DNA from: Candidatus Liptonbacteria bacterium
GTDB taxonomy: Bacteria; Patescibacteriota; Minisyncoccia; UBA6257; JACOXY01
Reading direction: 5' to 3'
DNA: 64,000 nucleotides
NCBI GenBank assembly: GCA_016182095.1
Contig: JACOXY010000014.1
Span: forward strand, 7,234-71,233
This document shows, piece by piece, positions 19,459 to 29,782 of the stretch. The notes under the pieces were generated by a model. That model had not been told where the DNA came from. It made no database searches and saw nothing but the letters and a program-made list of their open reading frames with translations. Each line of letters opens with the position of its first letter. Position 1 is the stretch's first letter. The translations under genes and the position numbers were made by a program.

Positions 19459-20328
19459 CTACACCGATTCGTAAGTATACGACAGATTGTGTTGCTGTAG
19501 GGTGTGAAGTACCGCCTCGATGGCAACCCCTTCTCGGTGTTCGTGGTCGAAACCGAATGACCAACGGATAGCCAACGAGACGAACTGGACGGCGCGGTCG
19601 AGAGCAGTGGGGAAACTTTCTCCCCTCATCATGCTCCCGAGAAAAACGCTGGTGAACGTATCTCCCGTGCCAGGGTACGATACGGGCACCTTCTCGTTCT
19701 TCACTCGCCAGAAGCGATTGCTCTGTGCGTCGAGACCGATGACCGAGGATTGTCCGGTTTCTCGGACTGGAACGCTCGTCACCACGATGTAGTTCGGACC
19801 CTTGGTCGAGAGTTCCCTCATCCATCGCTTGATCTCGTCGAGACTGACTTCCTCGCGGTAGGCTTCACCGACGAGAAGCGCTAGTTCCGTCAGGTTCGGA
19901 GTGACCACGTTTGCTTTCGCCACGAGCCTCCCCATTCCTTCGACCATCTCCGGCCCCATGGTCTGGTAGAGCTGGCCATCATCTGCGAGCACCGGATCCA
20001 CGACGACAAGCTGCCCCTCGCCACGGAAGTCGTCGATGAATCTAGAGACGATATCGACCTGTCGGGGTGAGCCGAGAAAGCCACTGTAGATCGCCTCGAA
20101 TCTTGCCCCGACTGTTTTCCAGTGTGCGACAATTCTTTCCATCTCATCAGTCAGATCCAGAAAACTGAATCCTATGAATCCGCCCGTGTGAGTGGAAAGA
20201 ATCGCAGTTGGTAAAGGACAGACCTGGATCCCCATTGAGGAAAGCGTCGGGATCACGATCGTGAGCGACGCCTTTCCGAATCCGGAGAGATCGTGGATTG
20301 CTGCCACTCTTCGAATCATGTTCTGCAT
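19459..20328 (-). CDS. pdxK: pyridoxal/pyridoxamine kinase
   Basis: DLSGFGK.SL, LPTAILSTHTGG, YSGFLGS, VDPV, TPNLTE, GTGD; GC-rich relative to flanks. Confidence 0.9.
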   Translation of the reverse strand: MQNMIRRVAAIHDLSGFGKASLTIVIPTLSSMGIQVCPLPTAILSTHTGGFIGFSFLDLTDEMERIVAHWKTVGARFEAIYSGFLGSPRQVDIVSRFIDDFRGEGQLVVVDPVLADDGQLYQTMGPEMVEGMGRLVAKANVVTPNLTELALLVGEAYREEVSLDEIKRWMRELSTKGPNYIVVTSVPVRETGQSSVIGLDAQSNRFWRVKNEKVPVSYPGTGDTFTSVFLGSMMRGESFPTALDRAVQFVSLAIRWSFGFDHEHREGVAIEAVLHTLQQHNLSYTYESV

Positions 20329-20874
20329 CGTTTCCTCCCTTCTTTTTTGTACAAAAGCTATATACTACGCTAACAAAATTCTGGGAAATTATCAATAGCA
20401 TAACAAACAAAAAAACAGCGTTACTTAGCTGCTTCAAAAAAATTGATGAAAAAATTTCTTTTGCCATTCATTGACAAATCCTTTTCCTTTTCGCCAAAAA
20501 TCCCATACAAATTAGCCGCCGAGCGAGCTACTCCGTGCGTCCGCACGGACGCTCTAGGAAGCGAGGCGGGCAACACGCATTTGCAATTTCCTTTCTGGCG
20601 GTGACGATGTCCACAACTTTGAACCGAAAATGTGGCTCAAATTCAGAAGCGTTGATAAGATTGTACGGGATTTAAGGCGAATCTACAAAGAAAATCCTGG
20701 CTTATTTGATATTCCTACTTTTGCTGAAAAACAATATTAGCCACTCGTCCTACTTCTTTGTCGGAGAGCTTTGAACCCTCAAGACGCGTAGATGCTCCGG
20801 CAGAAGCTATGAGAGTAGCGCGTCGAAGTTCGGCCAGACGTTCTGTCGAAATACCAGAATGCTTTTTATTATGC

Positions 20875-21402
20875 TTAATTTTGTTCATGTCCATAAAAGA
20901 TTCTGACTAGAATTGGTAAATCTCCTTTCGTTTTCTCCCCTTGAGCGATCTTTTCAAATAAGGCTTTAGGTGAGAGCCAGAAATATTCGGTAAAGTCGTC
21001 TTTGTTGTAATCAGGTGCTTCGTCCATTTTTATCTCGTAGACCTTCATAAAGGCGGAGACGCCATCTTTTTGAGGAGTCAGATGGCCGAGTAAACGCACT
21101 TGGGCTTTATCAGTATCAATGTTTAGTTCCTCTTGTGTTTCTCGTTTAAGAGTCTGCTCGTAAGTTTCGCCATTTTCCACATGGCCACCCATACTCATAT
21201 CCAAACAAAGCGGAAAAATTCTTTTATTTGCTGCTCGCCTTGGTATCCAAATTTCACCCTTAGAATTTACGACAAACGCATTCACTACCCGAAAATTGGA
21301 AAGATGTTCAGCATATACTTCTGACCGTTTTTTCTTGCCAATGACCTGATCGTTCTCATCAACCAAGTCGAGATACTCGTCTGTTGTTGGGGTTGTGTTC
21401 AT
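20875..21402 (-). CDS. NUDIX hydrolase (IPP-isomerase-like)
   Basis: GGHVENGETYEQTLKRETQEEL Nudix box. Confidence 0.88.
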   Translation of the reverse strand: MNTTPTTDEYLDLVDENDQVIGKKKRSEVYAEHLSNFRVVNAFVVNSKGEIWIPRRAANKRIFPLCLDMSMGGHVENGETYEQTLKRETQEELNIDTDKAQVRLLGHLTPQKDGVSAFMKVYEIKMDEAPDYNKDDFTEYFWLSPKALFEKIAQGEKTKGDLPILVRIFYGHEQN

Positions 21403-21672
21403 AAAGTTCGAATCCCTTCAGGGTTCTTACATTTTATCACTTTTTGGTTTTAAAATGTACTGCAAAATAAGAGAATTTTTACTGCTACTTTTCAAAACTA
21501 CTGGCGGCCCGAGCCAGAGATTATTATAACCGTATTTTCGGATAGAGAATATATGACGAATCTCTATTCTAAGTTTTGTATTTTAACAGGACTAATCAGG
21601 CAAGAAGCTCTAAGAGCACTTATCTAAATAATATACTGCTCCTATAAATCCTCAAAAGGGCGGAGATAGAAA

Positions 21673-22119
21673 TTAGCGAACTATATTTTGGTAATAATTG
21701 TTTTCTGTGGCGTCTTGCTCTTGGATTTGGCCCTCATATTCTCCATTACAGTAAGGACTACTTGCCCACTCTGATAAACGGCAATCAATTTTAGTTGTAT
21801 TTTTAGAGCCATAATTACCTTGATTTTCCAGTAAACCACCGAAGAATATCCATAATACAAACAGTCCCAACAAAATTCCAAAAGCTAATTTCACCCACTC
21901 TTTTGTCTCTGTTAGATTCTCTTTCGTTTGATTTGAACCTCCTTTCATGTTTTCTAAAGTATTTTTTAGAGCCAATTTTATCAATTCCTTTTCTTCTGTG
22001 CTGACTTCATTATTTCTAACTCTCTTTTCTTGTTCCATGCACTCCCTACAATTCACAGAAAAGCCAAGATATTGATTGGTTCCACATTTGGGGCATTTTT
22101 TCTCCGGAATTTCTTTCAT
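21673..22119 (-). CDS. hypothetical membrane protein with N-terminal zinc ribbon
   Basis: CPKC...CREC and one TM segment. Confidence 0.6.
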   Translation of the reverse strand: MKEIPEKKCPKCGTNQYLGFSVNCRECMEQEKRVRNNEVSTEEKELIKLALKNTLENMKGGSNQTKENLTETKEWVKLAFGILLGLFVLWIFFGGLLENQGNYGSKNTTKIDCRLSEWASSPYCNGEYEGQIQEQDATENNYYQNIVR

Positions 22120-22125
22120 GGTAGT

Positions 22126-22851
22126 TTACCTCTTATAATCTGCGTGCCAGCTGACATTTTTAATTATAACGGTTTCCAAGTCAAAATTAATTTTTGTCTC
22201 AGTGTGTTGGTCTAATCCATACGATTCATTAATACAGTTAAATTGTACTGTAGCGACCATGCCCTCATCGTCGGTCTCTTTTTCTGAGTTTTTAAAACTA
22301 TTCCACTCTCTTTTTAATTCTTCTAATGCGCTTGGATAAATACTTTCACATTTTAAATCAGGATTTACAGAATCGGCAACGAGTATTGGCTTTTCAATTT
22401 TCTTGTTATTGATTGTTGTTATTGCTGGTCTAAACGCTATTCCCTTTCCAATATTTTTTAATTTTAGTTCTTTTTTACTCTTCTCACCCACAAAGCAAAA
22501 TATAAGATTTGGGAGGTATGAGAGACGGTTGGCCGCATGAATTTCTAAATGAACTCTTCTTATTTCACCAACGCAGAAGAATAAAACGCCAACGATTCCA
22601 AAAAATCCAGAAATTATCCAGTATTGCCATCCATGCCAAGAAAAAAGTAAAAAGTAAATAGTCGCCATGCCCGAAAGGGCACCAAGAAGATAAAATTTTC
22701 CAGATAGATCCTCTTTAAAAAGGTATGCATCAATATTCTTGTAACGGTTTAAATATTTTTTAATTTTGTGCCGCGTCAAAATTGCCAAAACAATAAGTGT
22801 TAGCAGAAGTACCCAGATTAAGAAATCTATATTTAAAATAAGCTTATTCAT
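22126..22851 (-). CDS. hypothetical membrane protein
   Basis: Three hydrophobic segments followed by a soluble domain. Confidence 0.6.
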   Translation of the reverse strand: MNKLILNIDFLIWVLLLTLIVLAILTRHKIKKYLNRYKNIDAYLFKEDLSGKFYLLGALSGMATIYFLLFSWHGWQYWIISGFFGIVGVLFFCVGEIRRVHLEIHAANRLSYLPNLIFCFVGEKSKKELKLKNIGKGIAFRPAITTINNKKIEKPILVADSVNPDLKCESIYPSALEELKREWNSFKNSEKETDDEGMVATVQFNCINESYGLDQHTETKINFDLETVIIKNVSWHADYKR

Positions 22852-22870
22852 GCAGTTGCTCTTCCATGTT

Positions 22871-23086
22871 TCAACTAAAAATCCATCCCATAAAATACGC
22901 CCAAATAATTGCGGCTACAAGCAAAACAGCCCACCTATAAATTTTGGAAAATACTGCCTTTATAAACTTTCGCACAAAAGAAATAATCCAAATTATTGGC
23001 TCTATAATAAAGCGAAAAACAATGTTTAGTATAATATCCGAGAAGTCCATTGCCATAAATTTACCCCACAAGCACAAGAGTTGCAA
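22871..23086 (-). CDS. small hypothetical membrane protein
   Basis: Hydrophobic ORF co-oriented with 22126-22851; start probably at a downstream ATG. Confidence 0.45.
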   Translation of the reverse strand: MQLLCLWGKFMAMDFSDIILNIVFRFIIEPIIWIISFVRKFIKAVFSKIYRWAVLLVAAIIWAYFMGWIFS

Positions 23087-23102
23087 TTAGTTATCCACAG
23101 AC

Positions 23103-23161
23103 TTTCGGTTTGCTTTCGGGTCTATTTGCTATAATTATAATATACCGAAAGTAAACCGAAA
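23103..23161 (+). promoter_or_regulatory. putative operator/promoter of the LexA-MTase gene
   Basis: TTTCGGTTTGCTTTCGG / CCGAAAGTAAACCGAAA inverted repeat bracketing TG-n-TATAAT. Confidence 0.65.
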
Positions 23162-23166
23162 ATAGA

Positions 23167-24501
23167 ATGATTACACAAAAGAAAAAAGAAATATTAGATT
23201 TCGTAAAAAGTTATTCTAAAAAGAGAGGGTATTCTCCTACCATTCCTGAAATCGCAACAAAAATTGGACGGGCTTTTGGAACCATTCACGAACATCTTCG
23301 GGGGCTAGAGGAAGATGGCTTTATCCAACTTAACAAAAATCAACGCCGAGGAATAGCGATTCTTGAGTCAACCCCGATGATTAAAATTCCACTACTTGGC
23401 ACCATAGCCGCCGGCTCACCTTTAACACTCTTTGATGTGCCACAAGAAACAATCGCTGTTCCAAAAAGCAAGGTTCACTCATCTTCGGAAGTATATGCGC
23501 TTCGTGTTGTTGGGAACAGCATGATTGATGAAAATATAAATGATGGAGATATTGTTTTAGTGCACCACCAAAAAACTGCAGAAAACGGGCAGAAGGTTGT
23601 CGCGCTTATTGACAACCACGAAGCAACGCTAAAGAAATTCTACAAGGAGAGGGGGCAAATCCGCTTACAGCCAGCAAACAAAAATATGGAGCCGCTTATT
23701 TTTAGAAATGGCCGAGATGTTTCTATACAGGGAGTAATCATTGATGTTATAAGAGAAGAAACACCGGCATCTATTTCTTTGCCAGAAGTAAAAACAGAAA
23801 TTAAACAATATAAAAAACTGCCACTTAATCAAATTATTCACGGAGATGCCGTGGAGGGGTTAAAGAAACTACCAGACGACTCTATTGATTTAGTAGTCAC
23901 CGATCCCCCATATGGAATCAGTAGAGAGCTTAATTGCAAAGGTCAAAGATTGGGAACAACGGCAAAACTGAATTTTAATTTTGGTGAGTGGGATACCTTT
24001 AATAAAGATTGGTTTGAGATTGCGTTGAAAAAAACTAGAGGCTGGATGATGACCTTTTGTGCAAAAAAAGACGTAGGCTTTTTTATTGATGGTTTAGAAA
24101 AAAATGGATTTATTGCAATTGACGTGTTGGTTTGGCAGAAACCCGACCCCATTCCTCTAAACGCGAAATCCAGATTTCTTAATGCATGGGAGGCGGTAGT
24201 GATAGGCAAAAAGCCAGGCGCCATTTGGAATAGCAAATATGAACACAACATCATTAAAGTTCAGGCCCCCAAAGGGAAGAGCAGGATTCATCCCACACAG
24301 AAACCTGTTGAACTTATAAAAAAATTAATCAATTTAACCACCAAAGAGGGTGATGTTGTATTAGACCCGTTTATGGGTAGTGGAACAACAGCCGTAGCCT
24401 GTTTAGAAACGAAAAGAAACTACGTTGGTTTTGAAATATCAGAGGAGTATAGGAACCAATCCCTAAAAAGAATAAAAGCACTGCCAAAAGAGTTATTTTA
24501 A
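23167..24501 (+). CDS. lexA: LexA repressor fused to a beta-class amino DNA methyltransferase
   Basis: wHTH (YSPT..EIA), IAAG cleavage site, GNSM and TLKK catalytic motifs; then TDPPY, HPTQKP, LDPFMGSGTT. Confidence 0.9.
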   Translation: MITQKKKEILDFVKSYSKKRGYSPTIPEIATKIGRAFGTIHEHLRGLEEDGFIQLNKNQRRGIAILESTPMIKIPLLGTIAAGSPLTLFDVPQETIAVPKSKVHSSSEVYALRVVGNSMIDENINDGDIVLVHHQKTAENGQKVVALIDNHEATLKKFYKERGQIRLQPANKNMEPLIFRNGRDVSIQGVIIDVIREETPASISLPEVKTEIKQYKKLPLNQIIHGDAVEGLKKLPDDSIDLVVTDPPYGISRELNCKGQRLGTTAKLNFNFGEWDTFNKDWFEIALKKTRGWMMTFCAKKDVGFFIDGLEKNGFIAIDVLVWQKPDPIPLNAKSRFLNAWEAVVIGKKPGAIWNSKYEHNIIKVQAPKGKSRIHPTQKPVELIKKLINLTTKEGDVVLDPFMGSGTTAVACLETKRNYVGFEISEEYRNQSLKRIKALPKELF

Positions 24502-25493
24502 TTCTCTGGATACACAAGCATTGCTTTAATGCTGCGCAAATCCTTTAAATTAAGAGAGGTTTGTTTCCGACGAATCTCTTTTTTTAGCGACAAGAATCTT
24601 CTCCTTTTTTCGCGTAACTTTTTTCTGAGAAGTTTAACTACTTTCTTGGCATCAGCACTGTATATTTTTTTGACTAGGAATTCATTTTTATCAACACTGG
24701 CAAGTATTATGCTTTTATCTACAAGGTACTTATTCAAAACTTCGTTTGAAATATCTTGGAAGCTCCACGTGAATCCCTTTGCAACTTTATATTCGTACAT
24801 GTTGCCATGATTATCTTCCGCATCATGCTTCGCTTGTTCCGACTGAACTTTATGGTTTAGTTTCAGCGCTACTAAAACCTCCCAAAATTTATTACTTGTA
24901 AGAATTCCTTTTGTTCCGGTTGCTGTTTCAATTTTGCTAGCAATTTTAATAATGCGCGTAATCCAAGATAAGTAATGCCCATTATAATTTTTGATAGTTT
25001 GTCTCGTGAGATTCAGGTTATTTTCAATTTGCCTGGAGCTCACGTTGATCATTTTCCTGCTATTTCTTATTTTTTTAGTTGCTTGTGCTAGATAATCTGA
25101 CATGACTTGCCCGGGCACTTCGTAATACCAATCAAATTTCGGGAAAGAAACATTAACGTCTTGTATGTGCGCGAAAATAACAGCTTCGGCGTTACTAAGT
25201 TTAGTTATGGTGGTATTGGAAAAGTCGTTAAAAGTCCATGAATGATTAGAGCTACTCTCTTTGTAGTGCTTATATTCAAACTCACCCCCTGCTGAATTTT
25301 TGGCATCACGTGAGCCAGAGTGGCCGGGAATAAGAGTGTGGTCTAGAGCGTCTGCAATAAGCACCTCAAATATTTTACTGTTCGTAATAATATCGGTAAC
25401 ACCAAAAGTTTTATAAAAATCAAACTGGATCTGCTTTAACTGCTCAATAAAATCATTTATACTATTAGTATTCATCGATGAAAAGAATAACAC
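24498..25493 (-). CDS. putative restriction endonuclease with two tandem homologous PD-(D/E)xK domains
   Basis: ITNSKIFEVL..DA....EYK..SWTFND repeated as LTSNKFWEVL..DA....EYK..TWSFQD; lies between two MTases. Confidence 0.65.
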   Translation of the reverse strand: MLFFSSMNTNSINDFIEQLKQIQFDFYKTFGVTDIITNSKIFEVLIADALDHTLIPGHSGSRDAKNSAGGEFEYKHYKESSSNHSWTFNDFSNTTITKLSNAEAVIFAHIQDVNVSFPKFDWYYEVPGQVMSDYLAQATKKIRNSRKMINVSSRQIENNLNLTRQTIKNYNGHYLSWITRIIKIASKIETATGTKGILTSNKFWEVLVALKLNHKVQSEQAKHDAEDNHGNMYEYKVAKGFTWSFQDISNEVLNKYLVDKSIILASVDKNEFLVKKIYSADAKKVVKLLRKKLREKRRRFLSLKKEIRRKQTSLNLKDLRSIKAMLVYPEN

Positions 25494-26317
25494 TAAAAAG
25501 AAAATTTAGCACTGCGGCAGAAAGCTCCTTGATCTTCGGGGACGCTTTAAATATTTTGCGATCTATTCCAAGTCACTCCATTGACCACTGCATAACTGAC
25601 CCCCCGTATAATATTTCCGGATACGACTATAAAAAAAAGATTGGATGGCTCCAATCAAATAGCGCCTGGGTAGAGGAGAAAAACTTTTCAAAGATTGATG
25701 CTCGGTGGGATAAGTTTTCTGATAACGATTATCTAGCTTTTACCAAAAGCTGGATCTCTGAAGTAGCCAGAGTTCTCAAGCCAAATGGGAACATTATAAT
25801 TTTTGGTTCGTATCACAATATTTATCAAATCGGCTCTATTCTACAGGATATTGATCGTAAGCTAATTAACTCTGTTGTATGGTATAAACGAAACGCATTT
25901 CCAAATGTAACACAAAGGATGCTTTGTGAGAGCACAGAGCATATAATTTGGGCTGTAAATGAAACCAAAAAAAATGCCAAGAACTGGACATTTAATTATA
26001 AAGCACTTAAAGAACTAAACGGCGGAGTACAAATGAGAAATATGTGGGATATACCATCAACTCCGGTTTCCGAAAAAAGGCACGGCAAGCATCCTTCTCA
26101 AAAACCGATTGAACTCATAAGCCGCCTTGTTCTTGGCGGGACCAACAAGAAAGATATTATCATTGATCCATTTATGGGTAGCGGCACTCTTCCGGTTGTG
26201 GCGCTAGTAAACGAAAGAGGATTTGTAGGAATTGACAACGATAAACAATACTGCAACCTGGCGCTAAAAAGAGTAGTGGATACTAGAAATCATCCAAAAC
26301 AAAACAAGGTTACTTAG
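25478..26317 (+). CDS. beta-class amino DNA methyltransferase
   Basis: ITDPPYN, HPSQKP, IDPFMGSGT. Confidence 0.92.
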   Translation: MKRITLKRKFSTAAESSLIFGDALNILRSIPSHSIDHCITDPPYNISGYDYKKKIGWLQSNSAWVEEKNFSKIDARWDKFSDNDYLAFTKSWISEVARVLKPNGNIIIFGSYHNIYQIGSILQDIDRKLINSVVWYKRNAFPNVTQRMLCESTEHIIWAVNETKKNAKNWTFNYKALKELNGGVQMRNMWDIPSTPVSEKRHGKHPSQKPIELISRLVLGGTNKKDIIIDPFMGSGTLPVVALVNERGFVGIDNDKQYCNLALKRVVDTRNHPKQNKVT

Positions 26318-26600
26318 AATTTTGAGCAAAAAAGCAATAATCGGTTCGAACTCGCCGCCAAATTCATAAAATCCATAAAACAAGCCGAAATTATCGCTTT
26401 GCAAGAAAATCCCGAGCAGAGTCGGGATTTTCTAAAAAAGATTGGTTCGAACTTCCGTTTGAGCGGGCGGGAATTGTTTTGCGACTTCAAAAATCCCTTT
26501 CAAATCCTATGCGAGCGGCGCGTCTCGCGCCGCGAGCTTGCCTCTTCAAATTTGCATTTTCCCAATTGGCGTCGCGTAATAAATCAAAGATTTACACGCG
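26318..26600 (+). pseudogene. probable C-terminal remnant of a site-specific recombinase next to tRNA-Ser
   Basis: FLKKIGSNF.L....L..DFKNPF...FPNWRR resembles tails of CPR large serine recombinases; no catalytic domain. Confidence 0.4.
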
Positions 26601-26635
26601 ACAGCAATGTAAAATTTGCAAAGCAAATTTGTACG

Positions 26636-26725
26636 TGGCGGAGGCGGAAGGATTCGAACCTTCGATACCCTTGCGGGTATAACAGTTTTCAAGACTGTTT
26701 GTTTCAACCACTCACACACGCCTCC
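26636..26725 (-). tRNA. tRNA-Ser(TGA)
   Basis: GGAGGCG/CGCCTCC acceptor, ACAGT-CT TGA AA-ACTGT, long variable arm, GTTCGAATC, encoded CCA. Confidence 0.95.
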
Positions 26726-26885
26726 AGAAACTACAAAGCTTTATACAGTTTTTCTACCTCATAGTCAATCTTTCCTGGATTTATTTTTTCTTTTATTATC
26801 ATGCATGTATCTTATCACTAAAATATTAAATTGGGTAACTTTCTGGGTGCGTGATTTTTTCCTATTTTTGCCGTAAGATAAGCAC

Positions 26886-27272
26886 ATGGAGATCCAAAAG
26901 AAAAAGACAAAACTAAATCGCGGTATGTTCAAGCGCGCCATTTTCATCTTTGCGGGACTTTTGCTTTCAGCCTTTATACTAAATGCGATTATGTTAACTG
27001 CTGGATATAAAACCGGCTTTTTTCATCGTTGGGCAGAAGAACAATATTTTGGGAGAGTCACAGAAATCAGCGAGAATGGTTTTCTAATTGTAGACGAAAA
27101 AAATAATGAAAAGCCGGTTTTAATTAAAAAAGACACGCGGATTAGAATGGGGAGAGAATTCGCCACCAAGGAAGACCTGCTTGTAAATAATTATGTGATT
27201 GTAGTTGGGTCGCAAAATAATCAGGGACAAGTTGAAGCTAGAGTTATCCGCATTTTTAACGATAGCCGATAA
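26886..27272 (+). CDS. membrane-anchored beta-barrel (DUF5666-like) protein
   Basis: N-terminal TM; G.VTEI....F..., DL.....V.V.G......EA..IRIF. Confidence 0.55.
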   Translation: MEIQKKKTKLNRGMFKRAIFIFAGLLLSAFILNAIMLTAGYKTGFFHRWAEEQYFGRVTEISENGFLIVDEKNNEKPVLIKKDTRIRMGREFATKEDLLVNNYVIVVGSQNNQGQVEARVIRIFNDSR

Positions 27273-27867
27273 AACAGTGAATTGGAAAAGTAAAAAAGCC
27301 TTGAGATATCTGCCGGGACTAATACTGCCATTGCTTTTTGTCGGTTTTACCGTATATTTTTTTGTCTTCTCAACCCCAGAACGCATAATTGAGATGGTCG
27401 GGGTAAACAACGCCTACATGCTCATCTTTGTGCTTGCTTTTTTGGGCGGCCTTACGACATTCAGCGGACTTCCATATCACTTGCTACTCATTACATTAGC
27501 CACCGGTGGCTTGAAGCCATCTCTGCTCGGAATATCGGCGGCTGCCGGCGTTATGCTTGGAGATTCCACGTCTTATTATGTTGGCTATCATGGCGGCGCT
27601 ATCGCTCCACAAGGCATACAAAAATTTTTTAAGCAGGCCTATTTTTTTAGCTCTCGGCACCAGATAATGCTGCCGCTCTTTTGTTTGGCATATGGTTCAT
27701 TAGTGCCGTTTTCCAACGACTTTATCACTATTTCTGCCGGTATAGCACGATACCCTTTTTGGCGAGTGATGATACCGCTTGGAATAGGTAATTTGATCTT
27801 TAATATTTCATTAGCATATTTTTCACCGAATGCTTACAATTTTTTATTCAATACAATTTTTAACTAA
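27205..27867 (+). CDS. DedA/VTT-like membrane protein
   Basis: G.MLGD..SYYVG, PFSND......AG....PFWR; true start likely near 27278. Confidence 0.7.
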   Translation: MGRKIIRDKLKLELSAFLTIADKTVNWKSKKALRYLPGLILPLLFVGFTVYFFVFSTPERIIEMVGVNNAYMLIFVLAFLGGLTTFSGLPYHLLLITLATGGLKPSLLGISAAAGVMLGDSTSYYVGYHGGAIAPQGIQKFFKQAYFFSSRHQIMLPLFCLAYGSLVPFSNDFITISAGIARYPFWRVMIPLGIGNLIFNISLAYFSPNAYNFLFNTIFN

Positions 27868-27905
27868 TTTTTAATTTATAATTTTTGGTTTATAATAGAA
27901 TTATG

Positions 27906-28044
27906 CCCAGTAATACAACTTACAGTATACTTGGCAAATTGTAACAAATCATTAGTAATGAACTTGAATAAATATTTATCAACTGATAAAGCTAGTTGAT
28001 TTTTATTTTTTAATAAAAATCACGCTGTAAGTTGATATACTAGG
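27906..28044 (+). mobile_element. CCCAGT-family TIR element with TATG duplication at the start codon
   Basis: Arms 27906-27925 / 28025-28044; TATG at 27902-27905 and 28045-28048; homologous to 63280-63417. Confidence 0.8.
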
Positions 28045-28045
28045 T

Positions 28046-28816
28046 ATGGCGCCTATAGAAAAGGAGGGTTATTGGACTCCATTAGAAAAACAGGTTAGAG
28101 ACTATATATTCCTGCCAATTACTTGGCCATTTAAGTTTATTCCGCATGCGGCCAACATTTTGACGATGATCGGATTCGGCATACTTTTTTATGCCATTTA
28201 CGATTTCTATATATATGAAAGCTATTCCCGCCAGATTTGGCTTTTAACCGCCGCCTGGCTCACGGATTTATTTGATGGACCGATAGCCAGAAACAACAAT
28301 GATGTAACCGCCTTCGGCACAGCCGCCGACCATATCCGCGACTACTTCATAAGTTTCTGGATGCTCACCCTCGCCTTCTTTATAACGGCAGATTCTCCGC
28401 AGTTTTGGCCGGTTTACTGGATTCTTGTTTTTACGATCTTGGGGCTTTTGGGCGTCATAGCGGGCACGTTGCTCTTCCAGAAAGAAAAACGCGGCGAGCG
28501 GCCATGGGGCGGATATCTGGATTTTTTCCGGGAATTTTTATTGAAAGATCTGGTCACGTCGGTAACGGCAAGAATACACACGGTAATCATGGCAATCGGC
28601 GGAGTTTTCTATATCGCGGGTGCCGCCTTGGGAGATGTTTACGCGAAAACAGGGGTGGTTATATTGATAATACAGCTTTTTGTTTTGGGCTTTTATAACC
28701 ACGAAATCCATGAGGCGCGCTACGAAGACAGGGCGCATAAAATAAGAAATATTCTCCAGGAAAAAATCCGCGAGTTGGAAGAAAAACTTAAAAAACACGT
28801 AAAAGTTGACGGCTAA
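28046..28816 (+). CDS. CDP-alcohol phosphatidyltransferase family protein
   Basis: ANILT, DLFDGPIAR...FG..AD...D signature. Confidence 0.88.
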   Translation: MAPIEKEGYWTPLEKQVRDYIFLPITWPFKFIPHAANILTMIGFGILFYAIYDFYIYESYSRQIWLLTAAWLTDLFDGPIARNNNDVTAFGTAADHIRDYFISFWMLTLAFFITADSPQFWPVYWILVFTILGLLGVIAGTLLFQKEKRGERPWGGYLDFFREFLLKDLVTSVTARIHTVIMAIGGVFYIAGAALGDVYAKTGVVILIIQLFVLGFYNHEIHEARYEDRAHKIRNILQEKIRELEEKLKKHVKVDG

Positions 28817-28834
28817 AATAAGATTCCGCGCGCT

Positions 28835-29782
28835 CTATATCTTCACTCTTTCTATCGGTATTGGCGGATATCTTTCAGGATCAATAGTTCTTGAAAAACA
28901 AACCCGGCCTGCGTCATGAGACCAGTTTTCACTATAGCCGTAGGGATTATAGACGGGCTGTGCAATGGCAGCGTCTTTTAGATCGCTCCCAACGTTAAAA
29001 ACAGCGCAAAGCTCAAACGAATAATTGCCGGTTTTTACGTATTCATAAATGTTTCCGGTTTGAGGATCTTTCGGCGGGACAAATCCAGAAATATCATCAC
29101 GCAAAGCATCCAGAGAGTCGGGCAGAGCTCTTTTAGTTTGCCAATAATTCACTAACTGCGATTGCAAAATCTGGAGATCGTTTACGCGCCTATCGTCAAA
29201 TTTTTGCAGGCGCGCCGATTGCGGAGAGCCGGCAATATAAAATCCCGTTACCACAAAAGCTAAAACTACTAAAATCACCGCGGAGATAAAAACCCTCATC
29301 GTGGGATCTTTGATTGCCATCGTTTCTTTTTTAAGGTTCCAGTTATAATAAACGAAAACTGCGACAGCTATCGCGAAAACCGTTAGAACTTTAAGAATAA
29401 ACCTCACGGTAATTTCTCCGTTTAAGAATGTGTAGATTAAAGAAACCAAATCCCCCACTATCACGAGAGCAGCCAGAGATAGTGTAAAGTAAATGAGCCA
29501 CTTCCTAACCTTTAGCTCGCGCTTTTGGGGATTCTCCACCACATCTTTTTGCGTGCGGTAAGAGAGCCAGGCATAAACCGGAAAAACAACCACCAAAATA
29601 GATAGCGGCCATTTCAAGCTGTCTTTCGCGTAGCGGCCGTACTCATAAGCCAGCGGATCGGGAAAGTAAATATTAATTAACTGAAAAATCAGCGACCCCA
29701 ATGCCACAACGGTTACGTATAGGCCCATTATTGAAAGAAGGTGAAAAAACACGTCTTTCGGCCCAGTTTTTGAATGATTCAT
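28835..29782 (-). CDS. DUF5671-like membrane protein with pilin-like C-terminus
   Basis: KDVF.HLL, RKWLIY.TL, FL.GE.T.RF.LK, GSP..AR...D..R..DL, LP.SL..L, DPQTG..YEY, FELCA.F. Confidence 0.75.
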   Translation of the reverse strand: MNHSKTGPKDVFFHLLSIMGLYVTVVALGSLIFQLINIYFPDPLAYEYGRYAKDSLKWPLSILVVVFPVYAWLSYRTQKDVVENPQKRELKVRKWLIYFTLSLAALVIVGDLVSLIYTFLNGEITVRFILKVLTVFAIAVAVFVYYNWNLKKETMAIKDPTMRVFISAVILVVLAFVVTGFYIAGSPQSARLQKFDDRRVNDLQILQSQLVNYWQTKRALPDSLDALRDDISGFVPPKDPQTGNIYEYVKTGNYSFELCAVFNVGSDLKDAAIAQPVYNPYGYSENWSHDAGRVCFSRTIDPERYPPIPIERVKI

